NCBI GenBank assembly: GCA_031289935.1
Contig: JAITON010000035.1
Location: 1 to 25,082 of the forward strand
From: Treponema sp.
GTDB taxonomy: Bacteria; Spirochaetota; Spirochaetia; Treponematales; Breznakiellaceae
DNA: 25,082 bases
Reading direction: 5' to 3'
The stretch's first letter is position 1. Every line of letters begins with the position of its first letter. A program made the position numbers and the translations under genes. Positions 14,769 through 22,340 of the stretch are shown here, one piece after another. A model generated the notes under the pieces. The model was not told the origin of the DNA and did not search any database. It saw only the letters and a program-made list of their open reading frames with translations.

Positions 14769-16381
14769 TGAAAAAGACCGTAATACTATTGACCCTTATG
14801 CTGGCCGCCCTGGGCCTGGCAGCTCAGGAGGATTTTGATTTCGACTTTGGTTTTGGCGATGAAGGGAGCCAGGACTCGTCCCTTCCCCTGGTTTCCATGA
14901 GTGGGGAAATCTCCACGGGTTTTACCCTCTTTCCCGGCGAATGGGAAAGCTGGGATAGCTTTAAGGCTGTAGAGCTTGGGGATATTGTTTCCGGGGCCCT
15001 TAATTTCAGCCTCTCCGGCCCCTATGCCGACGCCTATATCGGCCTCGGTCTTACGCCCAATTTTGAGGACCCCGCCAAGATCCTTAGTCTGGACGAGGCA
15101 TGGATACGGGCCTTTTTCGGCGGCTTTACCCTTGAGGCCGGGCTCCTTAAGCTTTCCTGGGGCCGGGCCGATGTCCTGGGCCCCCTGGACGTGGTCAATC
15201 CCCTGGATTATTCGGACCTCTCCAGCCTCCAGGATCAGCAGGAGATGAAGCTTTCCCGTCCCATGATCCATGTGTCCTATTGGTTCTCCGGCGATGTGCC
15301 CTTGAGCATTGAGGGGGTCTACCTCCCCTGGTTCCAGGGCGATCTCTACGCCACCGAGGGCCGCTGGGTCGCGCAGCAGTTGACGGATACGACCCAGGCG
15401 ATGCTGGACGCCATAAACGGCGCCCTTACACCTACCCTGGGCCCGGGTTACCTCAGCCTGGCGGATATTTCCGGCATGGGGGGGGGCGTCCAGACCACCG
15501 GCCTGGAATACAGCCAGTGGGGCCTTCGTATGACCACGACCCTGGGGCCCGTGGACCTGGGGCTCCAGTATTACAGCGGTTTCCCCTCCCGGCCCGAAGC
15601 GGTGTTAAATAGATCCGCTATGTCGACTATTGACGCCGACGCCGCTACGCTTGCATCTGCCAGCGTGGCCGCCCAAACCGCCCAAACCACCTATCAGACG
15701 GCCTTGACCGCACTTGGTACAAAGATAGCTAGCGCTCCTAGTGATGCTAGTATTCCGGGACTAGCGGCGGCTGTCGATCTGGCCTATGGGGCCCTTCTAG
15801 CCGCCTCGGCTGCCGCCGAGTCGGCAGCCCTGGCTTTGGAGACCGCCCTGGGGAACGCCTACTCTATCGGTTACAGCCGCTACCATCAGGTCGGCATCGA
15901 CTATGCCCAGTCTATTTGGGGCTTCAATATCCGGGCCGAGTTTGCCGCCAACCTGACGGCAGACCTGGACGGGACCAACGGGGCGGTCTATAACCCATCC
16001 CTGGCCTGGGCCCTGGGCGTTTACCGGGACCTTTTCTGGGGCGTCGATATGCTCCTCCAGGCGAACCAGAGCATCCGGCTTTTTAACGGCCAGGTGGGCA
16101 GCGATCCGGTCTACGATGTGGAGGCCGCCGCCCGGGATCATGCTACTGCCACCCGGATCACCCTGTCGTTCTCCAAAGCCTTTGATGATCTAACCCTCCG
16201 GTTCACCACGCTCTGGGGCATCGAGGACATGGATTTTCTCATCATACCCAGCCTGAGCTGGGCCCAGGGCGGCCTGGGTTTAAGTCTTACAGGGGGCGTC
16301 TTTCTGGGCGACTCCAAAGGTGAGCTGGGACAATTCGCCAAGCACAGCTACCTCAAGCTGGGCATGAGCTACTCATTCTAG
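14768..16381 (+). CDS. Predicted outer-membrane beta-barrel protein (DUF1302-like) of the MMPL module
   Basis: Signal peptide; many amphipathic strands (LDEAWIRAFFGGFTLEAGLLKLSWGRAD, YHQVGIDYA, FNIRAEFAANL); C-terminal beta-signal-like YLKLGMSYSF; start overlaps the upstream stop (TAATG). Confidence 0.75.
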   Translation: MKKTVILLTLMLAALGLAAQEDFDFDFGFGDEGSQDSSLPLVSMSGEISTGFTLFPGEWESWDSFKAVELGDIVSGALNFSLSGPYADAYIGLGLTPNFEDPAKILSLDEAWIRAFFGGFTLEAGLLKLSWGRADVLGPLDVVNPLDYSDLSSLQDQQEMKLSRPMIHVSYWFSGDVPLSIEGVYLPWFQGDLYATEGRWVAQQLTDTTQAMLDAINGALTPTLGPGYLSLADISGMGGGVQTTGLEYSQWGLRMTTTLGPVDLGLQYYSGFPSRPEAVLNRSAMSTIDADAATLASASVAAQTAQTTYQTALTALGTKIASAPSDASIPGLAAAVDLAYGALLAASAAAESAALALETALGNAYSIGYSRYHQVGIDYAQSIWGFNIRAEFAANLTADLDGTNGAVYNPSLAWALGVYRDLFWGVDMLLQANQSIRLFNGQVGSDPVYDVEAAARDHATATRITLSFSKAFDDLTLRFTTLWGIEDMDFLIIPSLSWAQGGLGLSLTGGVFLGDSKGELGQFAKHSYLKLGMSYSF

Positions 16382-16387
16382 GAGTCC

Positions 16388-18550
16388 CTAGAGACTCAGG
16401 CTCCCGGTATAGGCATCGTAGGCTTCCCGGGCGGCCCGCGCCTCTTGAGCGGCGGCGGTAATCTGGGCGGCCAGCTCGTCGAGCTCTGTATCCTGGGCGG
16501 CCATGCGGCGCAGGTAGTCCTGGCCCTGGGGCGTGGTATTCCCCGCAGCCTCCAGGTTCCGTCTGATACGGTCCTGTTCCGCCGCCAGGGCCGTGCGCCG
16601 GGCCTCAAGCTCCGCCACCGCCGCCGTAGCGTTGTCGGCCTTCCGCCTGAGTTCCGCCGCCTGGCTAAGGGCGGCGCGGACAGGGGCCGGGAGCTCCCCG
16701 TTGGCGGCGTAGCTCAAAAGACTCTCCAGCCGGAGCGATCCCAGGCTTACCCGTTCCGAAAGGGGCAGTTCCTCCTGCACCCTAAAGACCCGGTCCTCTC
16801 CGGCCTCCAGGTCCAGGGCAAAGCGGTAGAGGCTGCTGGTCCGTTCCCGGAATAAGGCCGGTTCCGCCAGGGCCGCTCCCCCGGTAACCGGGTGCTCGAT
16901 CAGCAGGCGCTTTGCCCCGGCAGCCTTGTTGCTCAGCGAATACTCCCATTGATAGATGAGCTTCCGGCTGATAGTCATGACCCCGCCGCTCAGGGATACG
17001 GAACTCAGCGTCCGGGAGGATGACGAGGCGAGGCTCCCGCTTACCGCCAGGTCTTCTCCCCAGGAAATAAGCCGCTTCTCGCCGCCGCTCAGGAACTCGA
17101 TAAGGGCGTCCCCCGCGTAGAGCCCCCCCTCGTATACCGTGATGGGCCCCGCCGGGAGGCTCATCCCCGTGGTATTGGTAATTTCCGCGGCAATGGCCGG
17201 GTGGATGCTCCGCCCCCCCGCAGCCTGAGCCCGGCTCCCGGAAAATACCAGGAACTTCTCCGCGTCCAGGCCGGCCGATACCAAAGGCAGCATAGCGCTC
17301 TGATGCCGGGGAATGGACACCCGCCCGGGCAGGGTAAAGGCGAACTGTTCAGCCAGCGCCTCCCCTGCCGCCGTATTGAGGCCGTTCCCGGCTGTAGCCG
17401 GGACGGCAGCAGCCAAGGGAGCCGGCTGGGGGGCTGCCGCCGTTCCGGCGGCTGCCGGGGCGTAGCTCATATCCATGGCCGATTCTACCGTGAGCGTGGA
17501 ATTCCTGGCCGGGGCCTTGGCCTGTTCCGCCGCTTCGGCCCCCGTGTCGTAAGTCTGGGCTGCGGCAGACCCCGCGATAGCCAGGGGCTCCACCGGCCGG
17601 CCCACATAGTAGGGCGGATAGAGTTCCTGGATAAAGGACACGGGCCGGCCCGCGATCAGGGAAAGCTCCACATCGGCCCAGTCCCGGTCGCTGCCGTTGT
17701 CGATAATAGCCCAGCCCTGGAAGTAGGGCCGGTCCCCGCTCAGATCCAGCCGGTAGGAGACCTTCCAGACCGGGGCCGCGGCCACGTAGCTCAGGGACAC
17801 TTCCCGTTCAGCCTCCCCGGGCAGGCTGATCCGGAGCTCCCGGGAATCGCCGCTCCGGCGCTCCATGAGCAGGTCCAGGGCCCGTTCAAAATCCGCCCGG
17901 GTCAGGGGGTCCGTAAAATAGAGCCGCTCCATATCCGCCAGCCAGATCTGCCGGATTCCCTCCCCGGTATAGAGCGACAGCCAGGCCGCCCCGGTAAAAG
18001 GCCCGCCGCCGGAATAGCCCTGCACGTATTCCACGCCCAGGATCCGCCCCCGGATACGCTCCGGGGCATAGACCTCCAGTTCCTCCCCCCGCAGGCTGCC
18101 CAGGATTTCCCCCAGGGCCTGTTCCCCGGAAAGGTCCACCCGGAGGCTCCTCAGGCTGCGGTAGACCGTATCCTCCGAGGGGTAGGTTACCGAAGGCGAG
18201 GCCGAGGCGGGGTCCCGGATCACCAGGGACTTTAAGACATCGTTGACATCCCCGGCCGGGAAGGAGAGGCTAAAAAGAACCGGCCCCCGGAAGCTCCCGC
18301 GAAACTCAAAATAGCCCACCCCGGAAGCAAACAGGGCGACCCTCCGCAGCTCTGGAGCGGGCAGCTCTGGAGCTAGGGCGCCGGCCTCAGGAGCCGGGAC
18401 ACCGGCCTCCAGGGCAGTCTCCCGGCCCCCCCGCGCAAAGAGGCCGGCGGGCAGCAGGAGGCCCAAGAGCCCGCATAAGATCAGCCTGAGCGCCAGCCTG
18501 CGCGCCAGCCTGCGCGCCAGCGTCCGCGATAGCCTATTCAATTTCTGCAT
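16388..18550 (-). CDS. Secreted DUF4139/DUF4140-domain protein
   Basis: VALFASGVGYFE, VNDVLKSLVI, WKVSYRLDL, FQGWAIIDN...DW.DVELSLIAGRP, TG..LPAGPITVY, LISWGEDL; C-terminal coiled coil; signal ending LFARGGRE. The start is uncertain: ATG 18550 was chosen because starts further upstream overlap more of the next gene. Confidence 0.8.
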   Translation of the reverse strand: MQKLNRLSRTLARRLARRLALRLILCGLLGLLLPAGLFARGGRETALEAGVPAPEAGALAPELPAPELRRVALFASGVGYFEFRGSFRGPVLFSLSFPAGDVNDVLKSLVIRDPASASPSVTYPSEDTVYRSLRSLRVDLSGEQALGEILGSLRGEELEVYAPERIRGRILGVEYVQGYSGGGPFTGAAWLSLYTGEGIRQIWLADMERLYFTDPLTRADFERALDLLMERRSGDSRELRISLPGEAEREVSLSYVAAAPVWKVSYRLDLSGDRPYFQGWAIIDNGSDRDWADVELSLIAGRPVSFIQELYPPYYVGRPVEPLAIAGSAAAQTYDTGAEAAEQAKAPARNSTLTVESAMDMSYAPAAAGTAAAPQPAPLAAAVPATAGNGLNTAAGEALAEQFAFTLPGRVSIPRHQSAMLPLVSAGLDAEKFLVFSGSRAQAAGGRSIHPAIAAEITNTTGMSLPAGPITVYEGGLYAGDALIEFLSGGEKRLISWGEDLAVSGSLASSSSRTLSSVSLSGGVMTISRKLIYQWEYSLSNKAAGAKRLLIEHPVTGGAALAEPALFRERTSSLYRFALDLEAGEDRVFRVQEELPLSERVSLGSLRLESLLSYAANGELPAPVRAALSQAAELRRKADNATAAVAELEARRTALAAEQDRIRRNLEAAGNTTPQGQDYLRRMAAQDTELDELAAQITAAAQEARAAREAYDAYTGSLSL
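18482..18523. repeat. In-frame 12-bp tandem repeat in the signal-peptide n-region
   Basis: CAGCCTGAGCGC, CAGCCTGCGCGC, CAGCCTGCGCGC, then partial CAGCGT; encodes LARR-LARR-LALR. Confidence 0.85.
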
Positions 18551-18932
18551 CCAGGGTTTTGTTGTATGCCTCTGCCAGGGCATTGGTATTCTTGATGATG
18601 ATATACACCGCCACAAAGGGGCCAACCACGATGACCGCCCCCATGAGATACCAGAGCAGCACGATACTCCCCCCCTCTTTGAAGCTCAGGCCGTATTTGG
18701 GCGCATAGTCCTGCAAACGGTCTCCCAGCTTATAGAACCATACCAGATCGTAGATACCCAGGGTGATGAATCCCAGGAAGAAATACCTGAGTAAACCGGC
18801 CGTGTGCCTGCCATCGTCCTGGCAGATACGATTTATATCCCTGGCCAGTTGGTAAATCCAGTACAGGTTATAGATACCCAGGGTAATAAACGAAAGCAGT
18901 ATCCACCCCACCAGTCCTCGTCTTTTGATCAT
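18534..18932 (-). CDS. DUF4234-like small membrane protein
   Basis: AAGGAGG SD 5 nt before ATG 18932; two copies of [FI]ITLGIY.L.W.Y.L; four predicted TM/hairpin segments. Confidence 0.8.
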   Translation of the reverse strand: MIKRRGLVGWILLSFITLGIYNLYWIYQLARDINRICQDDGRHTAGLLRYFFLGFITLGIYDLVWFYKLGDRLQDYAPKYGLSFKEGGSIVLLWYLMGAVIVVGPFVAVYIIIKNTNALAEAYNKTLDAEIE

Positions 18933-18976
18933 CTCGTCCTCCTTATACATCGCGTGTATTGCCCGCCGGCATAATG

Positions 18977-19083
18977 TCAGCCACTCAAACCACCAGTGGT
19001 GTGCCGGTCTGAAAGCCTGGTTTCAGCCACCCTGATCACTGGTGATCAGCCGGTCTGATCACCGGTGATCAGCCGGTCTGATC
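18977..19083. repeat. Array of 18-bp palindromic modules with a 23-bp period, related to the 7098-7220 array
   Basis: CTCAAACCACCAGTGGTG (18984), CTGAAAGCCTGGTTTCAG (19009), CTGATCACTGGTGATCAG (19032), CTGATCACCGGTGATCAG (19055, a perfect palindrome) and partial CTGATC (19078). The last three spacers are 5 nt (ccacc, ccggt, ccggt). Confidence 0.92.
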
Positions 19084-20752
19084 CATGCTCCAGGAGCAGG
19101 GTCCTGCCGGGTTGGTCGCAGACCTCGGGGGGCCCGTAGTACTGGATGGCCCCGGGGTAGAGAAAGCAGGTCTTGCCCGCCCAGATGTCCCGCAGCGCGT
19201 CAAAGGCTCTAAAGGGCGCGCCCTCGAGCGCTACCAGGGCCTTTTGGATCACCGGCTTTTGCTGGCCCTGGCGCTGTTCCATGTTCATCATCATGGTCAG
19301 GGGCACCCCGCCGGCCAGCCAGTCCCCGGCCCGGGCCCGGAGGTTCCGCACGCTGGAAAGGTAGCCGGTAAGCCCCGAGGCAATCAGTACAAAGGAGCTG
19401 AAGCCCAGGGAATAGCAGTAGTCCGCGTCAAAGTTTGAGGGGAAGGCGCAGCGGCCCTCGTAGCCGAAGAAGTGGGCCAGCCCGCTGAACTTGCCCCGGT
19501 AGATGCCTTCCCGCTGGAGGCTATGGAGCCGCTTTGCCACCATGCCGATGAGGAGCTTCTCGGTCTCGATCCGGGACACCTGCACGTTCCCGTGGGGGTC
19601 CCGCTCGGCCAGGAGTTCCCGGGCAATATCCGGGGGCAGGCTCCCCAGGGTCTCCGCCGGGGCCGGGGAAAGCTTGCCCCGGAGCCAGGCGATCTGGGCC
19701 GTAAAGGAGCCTTGGCCGGTGAATTCCTTTTCGTCCGCCGCCATAATATCGTTAAGCTCATTGATGAGCCGCTTCATCTCGGGGATAAATTCTACCAGGC
19801 CCTCGGGGATGAGGACCACGCCGAAGTTCTCCTGGTTTTCCGCCCGCTTCACAATAGACGCGCAGATCTGGTCCACGATTTGGGCCAGGGAAAGCCCCTT
19901 GGCTGCTACTTCCTCGGAGATCAGGCAGATATTGGGCTGGGTCTGGAGGGCGCATTCCAGGGCGATGTGGCTGGCCGAGCGGCCCATGAGCTTGATAAAG
20001 TGCCAGTATTTCTTGGCCGAATTGGCGTCCCGTTCAATGTTGCCGATGAGTTCGCTGTAGGTCTTGCAGGCCGTGTCGAAGCCGAAGGATGTTTCTATAT
20101 ACTCGTTTTTCAGGTCCCCGTCGATGGTTTTGGGGCAGCCGATCACCTGGATGGGGGAGCCCCGTTCCGTAAAATACTCGGCCAGCAGGGCTGCGTTGGT
20201 GTTGGAATCGTCCCCGCCGATGATCACCAGGGCGTCCAGGCCCAGCTTTTCCGCATTGGACAGGCTCGCCGCGAACTGTTCCGGGGTCTCGATCTTGGTC
20301 CGCCCCGAGCCGATGATGTCAAAGCCCCCGGTGTTACGGTACCTGTCGATGATTTCATCCGTCAAGAGGAGGCGTTTGTTTTCGAGCAGCCCGCTGGGGC
20401 CGCCCAGAAACCCGTAGAGGGCCGATTCGGCGTTCCCCTGCCTGAGCCCGTCGTAGAGGCCCGCGATCACGTTGTGGCCGCCCGGGGCCTGGCCGCCCGA
20501 GAGAATGACCCCCACGGTGAGTTGTTTCCGGGTGAGTTGTTTTCGCCGGATGTCCTCGTGTTGAGCCCGCACAAAGCTGGCCAGGGGTTTGCCGTAGCTG
20601 TGCGGGAACAGGGCCCGCAGTTCCTCCCGGTCCTTTGCCGCCTCGGTGGCTTCCCCCAATTGGACGGCGATATCGCCGGCAGGCTGGGTCAAACTCTTCG
20701 GGAGTTTCGGTTGATACCCGTACCGGGCCTTTTGCAGCAATGAAATGTCCAT
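19046..20752 (-). CDS. pfp: Pyrophosphate-dependent phosphofructokinase (long type)
   Basis: [104 protein letters not shown] before ATG 20752. Confidence 0.96.
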   Translation of the reverse strand: MDISLLQKARYGYQPKLPKSLTQPAGDIAVQLGEATEAAKDREELRALFPHSYGKPLASFVRAQHEDIRRKQLTRKQLTVGVILSGGQAPGGHNVIAGLYDGLRQGNAESALYGFLGGPSGLLENKRLLLTDEIIDRYRNTGGFDIIGSGRTKIETPEQFAASLSNAEKLGLDALVIIGGDDSNTNAALLAEYFTERGSPIQVIGCPKTIDGDLKNEYIETSFGFDTACKTYSELIGNIERDANSAKKYWHFIKLMGRSASHIALECALQTQPNICLISEEVAAKGLSLAQIVDQICASIVKRAENQENFGVVLIPEGLVEFIPEMKRLINELNDIMAADEKEFTGQGSFTAQIAWLRGKLSPAPAETLGSLPPDIARELLAERDPHGNVQVSRIETEKLLIGMVAKRLHSLQREGIYRGKFSGLAHFFGYEGRCAFPSNFDADYCYSLGFSSFVLIASGLTGYLSSVRNLRARAGDWLAGGVPLTMMMNMEQRQGQQKPVIQKALVALEGAPFRAFDALRDIWAGKTCFLYPGAIQYYGPPEVCDQPGRTLLLEHGSDRLITGDQTG

Positions 20753-20791
20753 ATCTATCTCCTTCAAATGAGCGCTTTCCCCTCGAGAGCT

Positions 20792-20820
20792 ATCCTAGCG
20801 AAAGCCGGGGGTTCTTTCAA
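20792..20820 (-). promoter_or_regulatory. Sigma70 promoter of pfp
   Basis: Minus strand TTGAAA (20820-20815), 17 bp, TAGGAT (20797-20792). Confidence 0.6.
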
Positions 20821-20864
20821 GCACTTTGCCGGGTTTTGCTCTAAGAAATTGTGCGTTTTTATTA

Positions 20865-20893
20865 TTGATTTCTATACTCTTTTCATGTATACT
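20865..20893 (+). promoter_or_regulatory. Sigma70 promoter of the orphan secreted-protein gene
   Basis: TTGATT (20865-20870), 17 bp, TATACT (20888-20893). Confidence 0.6.
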
Positions 20894-20930
20894 ATAAAAA
20901 GGGCCCTGGACTGGCCCATGGGAGTTATTG

Positions 20931-21611
20931 ATGAAGAAAACCGCTATGGTGCTGTTGATCTGTCTTGGGCTGGCCCTGCCCCTTGCCGCCCAGACCCTTG
21001 GGCTGGGGGTTACGGTGGACGCCGGGGCAACCCTGTCTCTTGTTCCTGCCAGCCGGCCTGATATACTCGGTATCAGCGAAGCAAACCCTCTGGGCAACTA
21101 TTTTAGTTTTGCGCCCGGTGTTTTTGGGGATAATACGGTCCTGCCTTCCCTGGATGCGGCAGTTTGGGGGGAGCTCAAGCTCGGTCCGGTATACCTGGGG
21201 CTGGGAGTCAAGAGCCATACCCTGCTCAGTACCGCCAATTTTAGCTCCCTTGATACCTTCCCGGATACGCTGAAACTCTACCATGTGGCCTACCCGGTAT
21301 TCCAGTTGGAAGTTAATATCTTCAACATTATCTTTATCGATGCCAGCCTGGGCGGTTATGCCTTTATACTCAAGAATAATACGGTTAAGCTCAGCAAAGA
21401 CCTGATCCCGAGCGTGTCGGTGTGGCTGGGCCCCTCCAGCCGGACCCTACGCCTGGGTTTCGGCGCTACCACCACGGTCAATGTGGACGCTATTAGCAGC
21501 GGCGGGGAGGACTTTGATTTCAATGGATTATTAAAGGGCCTGACCTATTTTGCGGGGCTCAAGTTTTCCTTTGATCTGGCTAAAACCTGGGAACCAACAA
21601 CCTCACCCTAA
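20931..21611 (+). CDS. Hypothetical exported beta-rich protein, possibly a small outer-membrane barrel
   Basis: MKKTAMVLLICLGLALPLAA signal peptide; GGGAG SD 6 nt before ATG 20931; amphipathic strands (VYLGLGVKSH, YPVFQLEVNIF, IFIDASLGGY, YFAGLKFSF). Confidence 0.75.
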   Translation: MKKTAMVLLICLGLALPLAAQTLGLGVTVDAGATLSLVPASRPDILGISEANPLGNYFSFAPGVFGDNTVLPSLDAAVWGELKLGPVYLGLGVKSHTLLSTANFSSLDTFPDTLKLYHVAYPVFQLEVNIFNIIFIDASLGGYAFILKNNTVKLSKDLIPSVSVWLGPSSRTLRLGFGATTTVNVDAISSGGEDFDFNGLLKGLTYFAGLKFSFDLAKTWEPTTSP

Positions 21612-21653
21612 AGCTCCCCCGCGCAAGCGTTCCTGGGTATTAAAGCTCAATGC

Positions 21654-22340
21654 CTAGCCGATCAGGGTCCCGATAAAATCCTCCCCCCGGAGGATTTTTT
21701 TGAGGTTCTCCAGGTTTTTCCCCGTAGCGCAGATCACCTGGAGGCCGATCCTGGCGGCATAGCGGCTTGCCACGGGGTCAAAGGGCAGGTTCTTCCCCGG
21801 AACCCAGTCTTCCCCCACCATGGCCCGGAAATCCTCCCAGGAGATCCGGTCGATGGGCCTGGCCTCGGGATTCTTCCGGGGATCATCGGTATAGACCTTC
21901 TCGATATTGGAGAGGTTAATAACCCGGTTCGCCCCGAATTTTTCCGCCAGGAGCACCGCGTCGTAATCCGAGGAAAAGCCCGGCTTCCAGCCTGCGGCCA
22001 CCAGGACCCGCCCCCTAAGCGGCCCCGCCTGGGAAGGGTCGATAAGCACATCCTGGGGGCAATAGCCGCTCAGCATCGCCTTGACCAGCCGGGCGTTGAG
22101 TCTGGTGGCCATTACCCCGATCCAGTCGGCCTCTTCATCGTTCCCGCCCCCGCTCAGGTTCCGGTAGGCCTGCTGCCAGGCCCGGGCCGGCCCGCCGCCC
22201 CCGGTAACGATCACCAAGCGCCGTTCCTGGTCTTCCTCCAGGAGCTCCCGCACCAGGTCCCGAAACCCTCGCAAAAAATCCTCGTCAACCCCCTGAGGGG
22301 CAATAATTGAGCCCCCCAGGGACATAACCGTTACCATCAT
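21654..22340 (-). CDS. pyrH: UMP kinase, archaeal/spirochete type
   Basis: VMSLGGSII, IVTGGGGPAR.WQ, ADWIGVMATRLNA, AGWKPGFSSDYDAVLLAE, NLSNI..VY.DDPRKNPEA, FDPVA. ATGA overlap with the HD-GYP gene. Confidence 0.92.
   Translation of the reverse strand: MMVTVMSLGGSIIAPQGVDEDFLRGFRDLVRELLEEDQERRLVIVTGGGGPARAWQQAYRNLSGGGNDEEADWIGVMATRLNARLVKAMLSGYCPQDVLIDPSQAGPLRGRVLVAAGWKPGFSSDYDAVLLAEKFGANRVINLSNIEKVYTDDPRKNPEARPIDRISWEDFRAMVGEDWVPGKNLPFDPVASRYAARIGLQVICATGKNLENLKKILRGEDFIGTLIG

Noticed and set aside
16388-18932. DUF4139/DUF4234 pair as a toxin-immunity or defence module
   Set aside because: No nuclease, ATPase, TIR/SIR2 or toxin motif seen; composition and context look like core genome.
19472-20743. 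423-aa plus-strand ORF (also 17201..18235, 10153..11073, 3571..4431, 2406..3179, 5120..5770)
   Set aside because: Each lies antisense to a well-supported gene and has typical shadow-ORF composition.
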